Assembly (NCBI GenBank): GCA_024699045.1
Contig: JAILQK010000096.1
Span: 2,008-66,007, forward strand
Reading direction: 5' to 3'
Source: Lachnospiraceae bacterium
GTDB taxonomy: Bacteria > Bacillota > Clostridia > Lachnospirales > Lachnospiraceae
Length of the DNA: 64,000 nucleotides
Part shown: one piece after another, positions 48,252 through 57,283 of the stretch
Position numbering within the stretch: position 1 is the first letter of the stretch
Layout of the letters: each line of letters starts with the position of its first letter
Program-made: the position numbers and the translations under genes
Notes under the pieces: generated by a model
Databases searched by the model: none
The model's input: the letters and a program-made list of their open reading frames with translations, nothing else
Told to the model about the DNA's origin: nothing

Positions 48252-48851
48252 TTACGCCTCCGTTTTGTCAAACAATACTTTTGAAACCTTGTCTGTAAGC
48301 TTCTCACGTGAGGCGTCTATGAGAGCCTTAAACGTGCAGTTCTGCTCAATTCCGCCGTAGGAAAGTATAAATCCACCGGCTGCGTCTATGGTCTCGTCAG
48401 ACACCTTGAGCCTGCCACCCTTGAGCTTGCTGTTCAGATCAGCTTCAAAGGAAGCGGGAAGCCTTTTTTTATCAGCGGCTGAAAAAATTATGGTCCCTTC
48501 TTCGGGAAGAGCATTTTTTACAGCAATCTTTGTAATAGTATCAATATACTGAGCATCCGGTAACGATATAAGCTTTTGCTCCGCATCATCAAAAACCTCG
48601 GCTATGATAGCCTGCTTTTCAGATAATATCGCCTTGCGTTTGAGCAGAGCAGCCGCCGACTCAGCCCGGGAAAGCGTGTCTTCCGCGCTTTTCCTGCCTT
48701 TGTCTTCTATATCTTTGCATTCATCCGCAACCGAAGCCTCGGCCTCTTTTTTTATCTTCTCGGCGCGGTCGTTTGCTTCTTTTATCTTATCCGCTACGGA
48801 ATTGTCGGACTCAGCCTTGATACTGTCAAGTATCTTGTCTAATCCTGCCAT
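48252..48851 (-). CDS. ntpE: V/A-type ATPase subunit E
   Basis: GLDKI..I N-terminal coiled coil and GGFIL...IE.N. Confidence 0.9.
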   Translation of the reverse strand: MAGLDKILDSIKAESDNSVADKIKEANDRAEKIKKEAEASVADECKDIEDKGRKSAEDTLSRAESAAALLKRKAILSEKQAIIAEVFDDAEQKLISLPDAQYIDTITKIAVKNALPEEGTIIFSAADKKRLPASFEADLNSKLKGGRLKVSDETIDAAGGFILSYGGIEQNCTFKALIDASREKLTDKVSKVLFDKTEA

Positions 48852-48872
48852 TTATGATCCTCCGTATCTGAC

Positions 48873-49343
<471 letters not shown>

Positions 49344-51359
49344 TTAATTATCCTCCTTAAACTTAAAGTATTTAGTATTTGTGGCGAAGGGGGTGAATTT
49401 ATGTCCTCCGCCCTGATAAAACTTACCAAAGAATTCCACATACTGAAGCCTGTTTGTATGCACATACGCTCCCAATGCGTTGATGGCAAGGTTGAGCGTA
49501 TGACCTACGATAAAGATCAGTACGAACAAAATAACACCGAGAACCGGAGTTCCGGCTACCATTGAGCCCATCTGGTTAAAGACGGACGAGATAACGGATG
49601 TGGCCAGTCCCAAAGCCAAAAGCCTGGAATAGGAAAGCAGATCCGAGAGATAACCTGTGACATTGTAAAGTCCGTATACTCCTTTCAGAGTCCGCTTGAA
49701 CCAGTTCTTTGATTCCCTTCCATCCATAAGGATGATCCCTATAGCTCCTATGATCGCCATTACCTTTCCGATGTTTCCTGCAACAGGCGAGATTTTATTC
49801 AGCGAGAACATGCCCGTGACCATATCCGTAGTAAGGCCGAAAAGCAGGAGCCCTATCACAAGGAGCATCCACAACACCGAATCGGATATTGCATCGACAT
49901 ATCTTTTCTGACGAAGAGCCGTGTACAGATTGATACAAAGTCCTGCAATAAGGTGGATTATACCGATCGCAAAACAAAGCACCAGCATCTTCATTGGCTG
50001 TGCCAGGGGGTCGATAAGCTTGGGGATCTCCAGAGTTTTTCCGAAGAATGTTTTTGCGATCACTGTGGGAGCATCTCCGAAATAGCTTCCGAAAAGGATA
50101 CCCGAAAGCATGGTGCCGAGACCACAGTAGAAAAACATTGTGAGAGTTTTTCTCGTGGAGGGCTCCATATTCTTTAATTTCTTTATAAGAACAAATGTCG
50201 CTATCGACATCAGAGCCCCGTAAGCAAAATCCGAAAGCATCATACCGAAAAGAATGTAATAGAAGCAGGCAACGGGGGTAGTAGGATCGAGTTCTCCTTT
50301 ACCCGGCATCGAATAGCTTTCTATAACTCCTTCAACGGGGGAGGCAAAAGCGTTGTTCTTGAGAAGAACAGGAACATCCTCCGACGGATCGGGATCTGTG
50401 AGCTCAACCGCGGCATCATACCTTGATATGAGCATATCCTCGAGCGCTGCAGCCTTCCCGGCAGGAACATAACCTTCTATAAGAAAGACCCGTTTTGACT
50501 GGGTCAATGTTCCCAGAACATCATACTTGGCAGCTCTCATATTGAAATAATCAGAAATGAATTTGATATCCTCTCTTTTGTCTGCGTACGATGCGATCTT
50601 TTCGGCAGTAGAATCAATACGGCGTATAGCTTCCGCTCTTTCTTTCTCGTAAGCTTCTACCTGAGCCGCAGGTACCATGTCCGAAACAGGGGGACGCTGG
50701 AAATTCATGCGTCGCAATGCATCTTCTATTGAATCACCGTCCGATTTAAGACATGCGATCATTACAGAAGTGAAATTATCCTCCGAAGCGATGATGCTTA
50801 TATCCACCGCTTCCGCCTCGGGCGCATTTGCTGCCAGAGCCTCAGCGATCTCGGATTCCGAGAGCTTTTCGGGAAAAGTTCCTATGAAGGCGACTGTTTT
50901 TTTTGTGCCGGAGAACGATAAAGGATAATTCAGAGTCGACCACGGCGTAAGGGCCTCGATCTGGGTAGTTAAACGCGGAACATCGGCCTTCGCCTCTGTG
51001 GCTTCTTTATCGAGGAGAATTATTTCATTCACATACCTCATGGCATTATCGCGCTTTTTAACATTTGCCTCATAATCCTCAACCGAGATCGGGGTCCTGC
51101 CTTCAAATGCAGATAAAAGCGAACCCTTTTCGGGAGCCGCGGCAGCCAGGATCTCCAATGCCCTGTCCGCAAGGGCGGCATTTTTTGTGAAAAGCTGCGA
51201 TGATTGAGATACGTCCATACTGCTGAATACTGTATCATCTTCGGCCATTTCGCGGGATGCTATCTCCACTGATCCCGTGCGCTGAAGAAATTCCAGTATC
51301 GACTTGCGGTCTTGCCTTTTCGCACATATCATAATGCGCTTCATTGGCAGAACAGACAT
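49344..51359 (-). CDS. ntpI: V/A-type ATPase subunit I/a
   Basis: FGMMLSD..YG, SYSRLLALGL and RLQYVEFFGKFY. Confidence 0.95.
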   Translation of the reverse strand: MSVLPMKRIMICAKRQDRKSILEFLQRTGSVEIASREMAEDDTVFSSMDVSQSSQLFTKNAALADRALEILAAAAPEKGSLLSAFEGRTPISVEDYEANVKKRDNAMRYVNEIILLDKEATEAKADVPRLTTQIEALTPWSTLNYPLSFSGTKKTVAFIGTFPEKLSESEIAEALAANAPEAEAVDISIIASEDNFTSVMIACLKSDGDSIEDALRRMNFQRPPVSDMVPAAQVEAYEKERAEAIRRIDSTAEKIASYADKREDIKFISDYFNMRAAKYDVLGTLTQSKRVFLIEGYVPAGKAAALEDMLISRYDAAVELTDPDPSEDVPVLLKNNAFASPVEGVIESYSMPGKGELDPTTPVACFYYILFGMMLSDFAYGALMSIATFVLIKKLKNMEPSTRKTLTMFFYCGLGTMLSGILFGSYFGDAPTVIAKTFFGKTLEIPKLIDPLAQPMKMLVLCFAIGIIHLIAGLCINLYTALRQKRYVDAISDSVLWMLLVIGLLLFGLTTDMVTGMFSLNKISPVAGNIGKVMAIIGAIGIILMDGRESKNWFKRTLKGVYGLYNVTGYLSDLLSYSRLLALGLATSVISSVFNQMGSMVAGTPVLGVILFVLIFIVGHTLNLAINALGAYVHTNRLQYVEFFGKFYQGGGHKFTPFATNTKYFKFKEDN

Positions 51360-51399
51360 ATATTAACCTCCTTTAAAATATTTTTGATCCCGCAGTCTT

Positions 51400-51711
51400 T
51401 CAGGCTGTGAGATCATCTAGGACAAGCTTGATCGCTGCGTCCTTTTTTGCTCCGGTTTCGGAGCGTAGTGACGAGGCTTCCCCATCGGCTTCAGTGCGGG
51501 CGTCCGAGAGAATCTTGTCGCTTTTTGCCTGCGCATCGCTAACGAGCGCATCGGCCTTTGCCTTTGCTTCTTTTGTGAGATTTACCTTGAGGGAAGCGGC
51601 AGCATCCTCGGCTTCGGCAATAATTCTGTCGGCTTCAACGACGGCAGCTTTTTCTGCTTTGTCAGATGCGAGCTCTACCTCACGGATCCTCTCGATAGTA
51701 TCCATTGCCAA
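51400..51711 (-). CDS. ntpF: V/A-type ATPase peripheral stalk subunit G/H
   Basis: ~100-aa Ala/Glu/Lys coiled coil, first gene of the operon. AGGGAG SD before TTG 51711 (alternative ATG 51705). Confidence 0.82.
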   Translation of the reverse strand: MAMDTIERIREVELASDKAEKAAVVEADRIIAEAEDAAASLKVNLTKEAKAKADALVSDAQAKSDKILSDARTEADGEASSLRSETGAKKDAAIKLVLDDLTA

Positions 51712-51885
51712 ATCTGTCTCCCTTCGTTTGCTATGGAAAATCATAGATATAGTAACGATAATGATTTTATCGTAAATTGCGTTTATAATCAAGATGTATA
51801 GTGTGGTATCATAAGTCGGGCGGGGTATATAAAAGGGCATCTGCCGGATATATGTCCGCATAATTCTGATTCAGGGAGGCTAAGC

Positions 51886-53241
51886 GTGAAAAATATACAT
51901 TTTATAGGAATCGGCGGGATAAGCATGAGCGGCATAGCGGAAATGTTATTAAATGAAGGCTATAACGTTTCGGGGTCGGACATGAACGAAAGTGAGCTTA
52001 CCCAAAAGCTTGCCGGGCGCGGGGCAAAGATAGGATATCCGCAAAAGGCTGAGAATATCCCCGAGGATACTGATACGGTGGTCATATCCGCAGCCATACA
52101 TGAGGATAATCCGGAACTGTCCGAGGCAAGAAGAAGAGGACTTAAAGTGGAGACAAGAGCGGACTTTCTCGGGAATCTGATGAAGGGGTATGAGATCCCT
52201 ATAGCGGTGGCCGGAACTCACGGAAAGACAACAACGACCGCGATGATATCCGAGATCCTGCTTAAGGCGGGAATGGATCCTACCATATCGATCGGAGGGA
52301 TGCTCAAAGATATCGGAGGGAATTTCCGTGAGGGGGGCAAGAGGTACTTTGTTGTGGAAGCCTGTGAATATACCAATTCCTACCATTCATTCTATCCGGT
52401 GATAGGCGTCATCCTCAATGTGGAGCCCGATCATCTGGATTTCTTTAAGGATATAGAAGATATAAGAAAGTCTTTTCACAGATACGGGGAGAATATACCG
52501 GACAGTGGAGTTCTGATAATCAATAAGGACATAGATGGATTTGATGAGGTTGCGGGAGGACTGAAGTGCCGGATAGTGACCTTCGGAAAAGACAGCAGTG
52601 CGGATTATCATCCGGAAAACGTTAAATTTGATGAAACGGGGAGGCCTGGATTTGATGTGTGCCATAACAGCGAAAAAAGGAATATACGGCTGGGAGTAGG
52701 CGGGACGCATAATATAATGAATTCACTCGCTGCGATCGCGGTAGCCGATGAACTTGGGATACCCGGGGAAACTGTCGCCAGAGGGCTTGAAGAATACACG
52801 GGTACAGAAAGACGGTTTGAAATGAAGGGAAAGCTGGGCGGCATAACCATAGTGGATGATTATGCGCATCACCCCACGGAGATCCGCGCTACGCTGGAGA
52901 CAGCCCGTAAATATCCTCACAGAGATCTCTGGGTGATATTTCAGCCGCATACCTATACCAGGACCAAGGCACTGCTGGAAGAATTTGCGGATGAGCTTTC
53001 CGCTGCGGACCATGTGATATGCGCCGAAATATACCCTGCGCGGGAGACAGACACTCTCGGAATGAGCGCTGAACTGCTTGCGGAAAAGATCAAGCAGAGA
53101 AAAACCGATTGTTATCATTTTGGGACATTCGAGGAAATAAAAAATTTTGTAAGAAAAACTCTTGTCGACAATGATCTGTTGATAACCATGGGGGCCGGGG
53201 ATGTTGTAAAGATCGGGGACGAGCTGTTGGAAGAAGGATAA
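51886..53241 (+). CDS. murC: UDP-N-acetylmuramate--L-alanine ligase
   Basis: HFIGIGGISMS, GTHGKTTT, DDYAHHP, FQPH and MGAGD. Confidence 0.96.
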   Translation: MKNIHFIGIGGISMSGIAEMLLNEGYNVSGSDMNESELTQKLAGRGAKIGYPQKAENIPEDTDTVVISAAIHEDNPELSEARRRGLKVETRADFLGNLMKGYEIPIAVAGTHGKTTTTAMISEILLKAGMDPTISIGGMLKDIGGNFREGGKRYFVVEACEYTNSYHSFYPVIGVILNVEPDHLDFFKDIEDIRKSFHRYGENIPDSGVLIINKDIDGFDEVAGGLKCRIVTFGKDSSADYHPENVKFDETGRPGFDVCHNSEKRNIRLGVGGTHNIMNSLAAIAVADELGIPGETVARGLEEYTGTERRFEMKGKLGGITIVDDYAHHPTEIRATLETARKYPHRDLWVIFQPHTYTRTKALLEEFADELSAADHVICAEIYPARETDTLGMSAELLAEKIKQRKTDCYHFGTFEEIKNFVRKTLVDNDLLITMGAGDVVKIGDELLEEG

Positions 53242-53313
53242 TCCACATTTCCCACAACTTTTTATTAACAGAACACAAGAGTTATTTTTACGATAACCAC
53301 GTTGCTATCCACT
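53239..53313 (+). promoter_or_regulatory. Cluster of degenerate DnaA boxes upstream of dnaD
   Basis: taatccaca (53239), tttcccaca (53248), ttattaaca (53262) and ctatccact (53305), compared with TTWTNCACA. Confidence 0.5.
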
Positions 53314-53344
53314 TTGCCGACTTTTTCAACTTTATCATGCTTTC

Positions 53345-53376
53345 AGCCCCTGTGACTTCAGGGGCTATTTTATTTT
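53345..53376 (+). terminator. Terminator after murC
   Basis: agcccctg-tgactt-caggggct followed by attttatttt. Confidence 0.78.
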
Positions 53377-53468
53377 AAAATCCAATGTGCTATACTCCGC
53401 TACGCTTGAAAAAACAGTGGGAAATTTCACTGGCGATTGCAAAATAAAAACGGATATAAGGGAAAGTT

Positions 53469-54548
53469 ATGAGTGGCATTGTTCTTAGGGGGAATCGCTA
53501 TTCGGGGAATACGATCGTCTCGAATTGCTTTATCGATGAGTACATGGCGGAGGCTAACGGCGCTCAGCTGAAGATATACCTGTATCTTATGCGGTGTATC
53601 GAGGCGGATGAGCCGGTTACGGTCCCGCTTCTGGCGGACAGGTTTAATTATACCGAGACAGATATCATAAGGTCCTTGCTCTATTGGGCAAGAAAAGGGA
53701 TCGTATCACTGGAGTTTGACGATGACAGGAATGTATCCGGGATCGTATTGAACGATCCGGCCGAGGCAGAGGAAACAGAAGTGAACCTGCCTAAAAAGAG
53801 CGCATCCAGATCTCAGGAGAAGAAAAACGGACCGTCATATTCCCCGTCAGATCTGGAAAGGTTCGGTTCGAAGACAGAGATCAAACAGCTGGTCTTTGTT
53901 ACCGAGCAGTATATAGGACATCCTCTGACTTCTTCCGATATGAAGGCAATGCTCTTCATCTATGACGAAAGGGATGGGCTCGGCTTTTCCGCGGATCTTA
54001 TCGAGTATCTTATCGAATATTGCGTGGGTAAAGGAAAGAAGAGCTTCAGGTATATAGAGCAGACCGCCTTAAATTGGGCGGAATCCGGAGTAGGGGATAT
54101 TGAGGCGGCCAAAAAGCATGTGAAAGGGTTCGGTGGAAACGACTACTTTACGGTGCTAAAAGCCTTTGGAATATCCGACAGAAACCCTGTCGATGTAGAG
54201 ACCGGGTATATTGATAAATGGAAGACAGAATATGGTTTTTCGATGGATATCATACTGGAGGCAATATCCAGGACGATGAAGACAATAGCCAAACCTTCCT
54301 TTCCATATACGGATTCCATTCTGAAGAGATGGCATGAAGGCGGGGTGACCGCTCCGGAGGATATAGAGGCGCTTCCGACATGGGGGTCTACTCTCAGGAC
54401 TGCGGGAAGCGTGCAGAGAGGGAGTGTTGATAAGACACCGGCCAAGCGCAGGTCTCAAAATAAATTTCATAACTTTCCGGAGCGTCAATATAATATGGAC
54501 GAGCTGGAGGAGAAGCTTCTGAAAAAACAGAAAAGCAGATACAGTTGA
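53469..54548 (+). CDS. DnaD-domain replication protein (two DnaD/DDBH2 domains)
   Basis: N.FIDEYM winged-helix start; YIEQTALNW and YTDSILKRW repeats. Confidence 0.88.
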   Translation: MSGIVLRGNRYSGNTIVSNCFIDEYMAEANGAQLKIYLYLMRCIEADEPVTVPLLADRFNYTETDIIRSLLYWARKGIVSLEFDDDRNVSGIVLNDPAEAEETEVNLPKKSASRSQEKKNGPSYSPSDLERFGSKTEIKQLVFVTEQYIGHPLTSSDMKAMLFIYDERDGLGFSADLIEYLIEYCVGKGKKSFRYIEQTALNWAESGVGDIEAAKKHVKGFGGNDYFTVLKAFGISDRNPVDVETGYIDKWKTEYGFSMDIILEAISRTMKTIAKPSFPYTDSILKRWHEGGVTAPEDIEALPTWGSTLRTAGSVQRGSVDKTPAKRRSQNKFHNFPERQYNMDELEEKLLKKQKSRYS

Positions 54549-54554
54549 GGACAG

Positions 54555-55511
54555 GTGACGGAGATGGAAAACGGATTGAGAGAAATAATGGCGGGATATG
54601 AGCGACAGCTCGCCTCAGACAAAAGAGAACAGAGAAGAAGACTGCTTGAAGTTCATGAACGGCTGCCAAGGTATAAAGAACTCGAGGACAGGGTTGCCGA
54701 TATTTCGGCAGAGGCGGCCATAATGGCGGCGTGCGGACGAAAGGAAGAGGCTGTGCCGTTGCTGCAGGAGTTAAACCGCATATCGGAAGAGAAGAAAAAG
54801 GTGCTCGCCGAGGCAGGGATACCGGACGGCTATCTGTCCCTTCAGTACAAATGTCCTGATTGCAAGGATACCGGATACATAGGCAGCAGGAAGTGTCACT
54901 GCCTGATGCAGAAACTGACCGTGTACTATTATGCAAGAAGCGGGATATACGATAAGCTGGAAACGGAGAATTTTGATACGTTTTCTTTTGATTATTTTTA
55001 CGGAGAGGATCTCGAAAACATTAAAAGGATCTATAATGCGGCCAAAGAGTTTACGTCATCATTTGCAGACCGCTATTGCAATATGCTATTCTATGGTAAT
55101 GTAGGCAGCGGCAAGAGTTTTATGTCGAACTGTATAGTGAAAGAGCTCATCGATCAGGGGGTACCTGTGATATATGTAAGCGCCATAAGGTTGTTTGACA
55201 TCCTCTCGGCGCACAAATTCGGCAACAGGGAGCTGGATCCGACAGAATATGAGGCTTTGTTCGATTACCCGCTCCTCGTTATTGACGATCTGGGCACAGA
55301 GGTGGAAAGTTCGGTTGTTAATTCAGAACTGTTTAATGTACTCAATGAAAGAGATCTGAAATCAAGATCCACCATAATTTCAACAAATCTGCCATTGGCA
55401 AAACTAAAAGATCTGTATACTGAAAGACTTGGATCCAGGATCCTCGGAAACTATGAGATACACAGGTTTTCCGGAGATGATATTAGGCTTAAGAAGGCGG
55501 AGGTAAGCTGA
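54555..55511 (+). CDS. DnaC/DnaI-like helicase-loader ATPase
   Basis: CPDC..TG...CHC Zn motif, GNVGSGKS, IDDLG and ISTNL; follows dnaD. Confidence 0.88.
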   Translation: MTEMENGLREIMAGYERQLASDKREQRRRLLEVHERLPRYKELEDRVADISAEAAIMAACGRKEEAVPLLQELNRISEEKKKVLAEAGIPDGYLSLQYKCPDCKDTGYIGSRKCHCLMQKLTVYYYARSGIYDKLETENFDTFSFDYFYGEDLENIKRIYNAAKEFTSSFADRYCNMLFYGNVGSGKSFMSNCIVKELIDQGVPVIYVSAIRLFDILSAHKFGNRELDPTEYEALFDYPLLVIDDLGTEVESSVVNSELFNVLNERDLKSRSTIISTNLPLAKLKDLYTERLGSRILGNYEIHRFSGDDIRLKKAEVS

Positions 55512-55512
55512 G

Positions 55513-56697
55513 TTGGCTCATACACACGACAAACGAAGTCTTGAGACCATACCGGTCGGCTCGCTCGGGGTCATAGCGCTTGACGGCTGCAGGGAGCTGG
55601 CAGAGCGAGTGGATGATTATCTTATCGGATGGCGTGAAGACAGGGAGAATGAGCATAAGAATTCTCTTGTTTTCTCCGGATATATGCGAAATTCATATCT
55701 GCTGGATGTATCGCTTCCAAGGTTCGGGTCAGGAGAAGCAAAAGGAATGATAAATGAATCCGTGAGGGGAATGGATCTGTATCTTCTCGTGGATGTATGC
55801 AATTACAGTGTTACTTATAATATGTTCGGAGAGGAGAATCATATGTCTCCGGACGATCATTATCAGAATCTCAAAAGGATAATAGCTGCGGTAGGAGGGA
55901 AGGCACGAAGGATCACCGTGATCATGCCTTTTCTGTATGAAAGCAGGCAGCACAAGAGATCATCAAGAGAGTCGCTTGACTGTGCGATAGCTTTGCAGGA
56001 GCTTGCAAAGATGGGCGTGGATAACATCATCACTTTTGATGCCCATGATCCCAGAGTGATGAACTCGATACCCTTAAAAGGGTTCGAAACCGTACAGGCT
56101 TCATACCAGTTTATAAAAGGACTTCTCTCAAACGTTAAAGACCTTACGATAGAGCCTGAGCATATGATGATCGTGTCCCCGGATGAAGGCGGCATGTCGA
56201 GGGCCATATATATGGCAAATGTGCTCGGACTGGATATGGGTATGTTCTATAAACGGCGTGATTATACCAAGATCGTGGATGGACGAAATCCGATAGTCGC
56301 ACATGAGTTTCTGGGGTCTGATGTCAGCGGAAAGGATATCATGGTGCTTGACGACATGATAGCTTCCGGCGAGAGTGTCATCGAAGTGGCACGGGAGCTT
56401 AAGAAAAGAAAAGCGAGAAGGATATACGTGGCGTCAACCTTCGGTCTCTTTTCCAATGGACTGGAGCCGTTTGACAATGCTGTAGAGGAGGGCGTGATCA
56501 CCGGGGTGCTGACAACGAATCTTGTGTATCAGCCCGAAGAACTGTTGAGCAAACCATGGTATATTTCCTGCGACATGAGCAAGTATCTGGCCTATATCAT
56601 TGATACACTGAACCATGATTCATCGATAAGCGATCTGCTCAGTCCGAATAATCGTATACAATCCCTTGTGGCAAGATATAAAGCAGGGGAGGTCTGA
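55513..56697 (+). CDS. prs: Ribose-phosphate pyrophosphokinase (long clostridial type)
   Basis: FGSGE, PFLYESRQ, DAH, PDEGG and DDMIASG. TTG start. Confidence 0.9.
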   Translation: MAHTHDKRSLETIPVGSLGVIALDGCRELAERVDDYLIGWREDRENEHKNSLVFSGYMRNSYLLDVSLPRFGSGEAKGMINESVRGMDLYLLVDVCNYSVTYNMFGEENHMSPDDHYQNLKRIIAAVGGKARRITVIMPFLYESRQHKRSSRESLDCAIALQELAKMGVDNIITFDAHDPRVMNSIPLKGFETVQASYQFIKGLLSNVKDLTIEPEHMMIVSPDEGGMSRAIYMANVLGLDMGMFYKRRDYTKIVDGRNPIVAHEFLGSDVSGKDIMVLDDMIASGESVIEVARELKKRKARRIYVASTFGLFSNGLEPFDNAVEEGVITGVLTTNLVYQPEELLSKPWYISCDMSKYLAYIIDTLNHDSSISDLLSPNNRIQSLVARYKAGEV

Positions 56698-56707
56698 AAC
56701 TGTTGAC

Positions 56708-57205
56708 ATGATGTCCATGAAAACCGGAGAAAAGATCAATGCCGCGGTATATGCTGCACAGGGTGGGGTCATAGCGGCGCTTTATATCGTCCTCACTCTT
56801 GTTTCAAACGCATTCGGATTGGCAAACGGCGCGGTTCAGGTCAGGATATCGGAAGCGCTGACCATACTCCCGGCATTTACTCCGGCGGCCGTTCCCGGCC
56901 TTTTTATAGGGTGTATCATAAGTAATTATGCTACCGGGGCAATATTGCCGGATATCGTATTCGGAAGCCTGGCGACTCTTGCGGGCGCTATCGGGACTAT
57001 GGCATTAAGGAACACCGGTAGATTTCTTCTTCCGCTCCCTCCTGTACTCGCAAATACGATCGTCGTTCCGCTGGTGTTGAAGTATGCATATAATCTGGAC
57101 GGAACACTTATCTATATGATGGTCACCGTGTTTGCGGGGGAGGTCATCTCGTGCGGGCTTTTGGGCCTGCTGCTGTATCCTGCAGCCAGCAGGATATTTC
57201 GTTGA
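56708..57205 (+). CDS. queT: QueT-family ECF substrate component
   Basis: IAALY, QVRISEAL, GLFIGC.ISN and DIVFGSLAT. Start uncertain. Confidence 0.85.
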   Translation: MMSMKTGEKINAAVYAAQGGVIAALYIVLTLVSNAFGLANGAVQVRISEALTILPAFTPAAVPGLFIGCIISNYATGAILPDIVFGSLATLAGAIGTMALRNTGRFLLPLPPVLANTIVVPLVLKYAYNLDGTLIYMMVTVFAGEVISCGLLGLLLYPAASRIFR

Positions 57206-57283
57206 GTCCGGTTAAAAGGTCTTGCTTTTGAGACAGGTCAGGATATTTCAGCTTGTAAAGAATTTATGATAGAATAATTGACC

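Noticed and set aside
51712-51861. N-terminal extensions in the ORF track (this subunit, subunit F 47276-47362, GH18 37106-37240, RhaS 24096-24170)
   Set aside because: They span promoter or overlapping-gene sequence; SD-supported starts lie downstream.
54555-55511. IS21 IstB or prophage replication module
   Set aside because: No transposase, integrase, terminal repeats or phage genes; it is embedded between murC and prs as a chromosomal dnaD-dnaC pair.
56690-56716. preQ1 riboswitch before queT
   Set aside because: Only about 10 nt separate prs and queT, and no aptamer pattern is visible.
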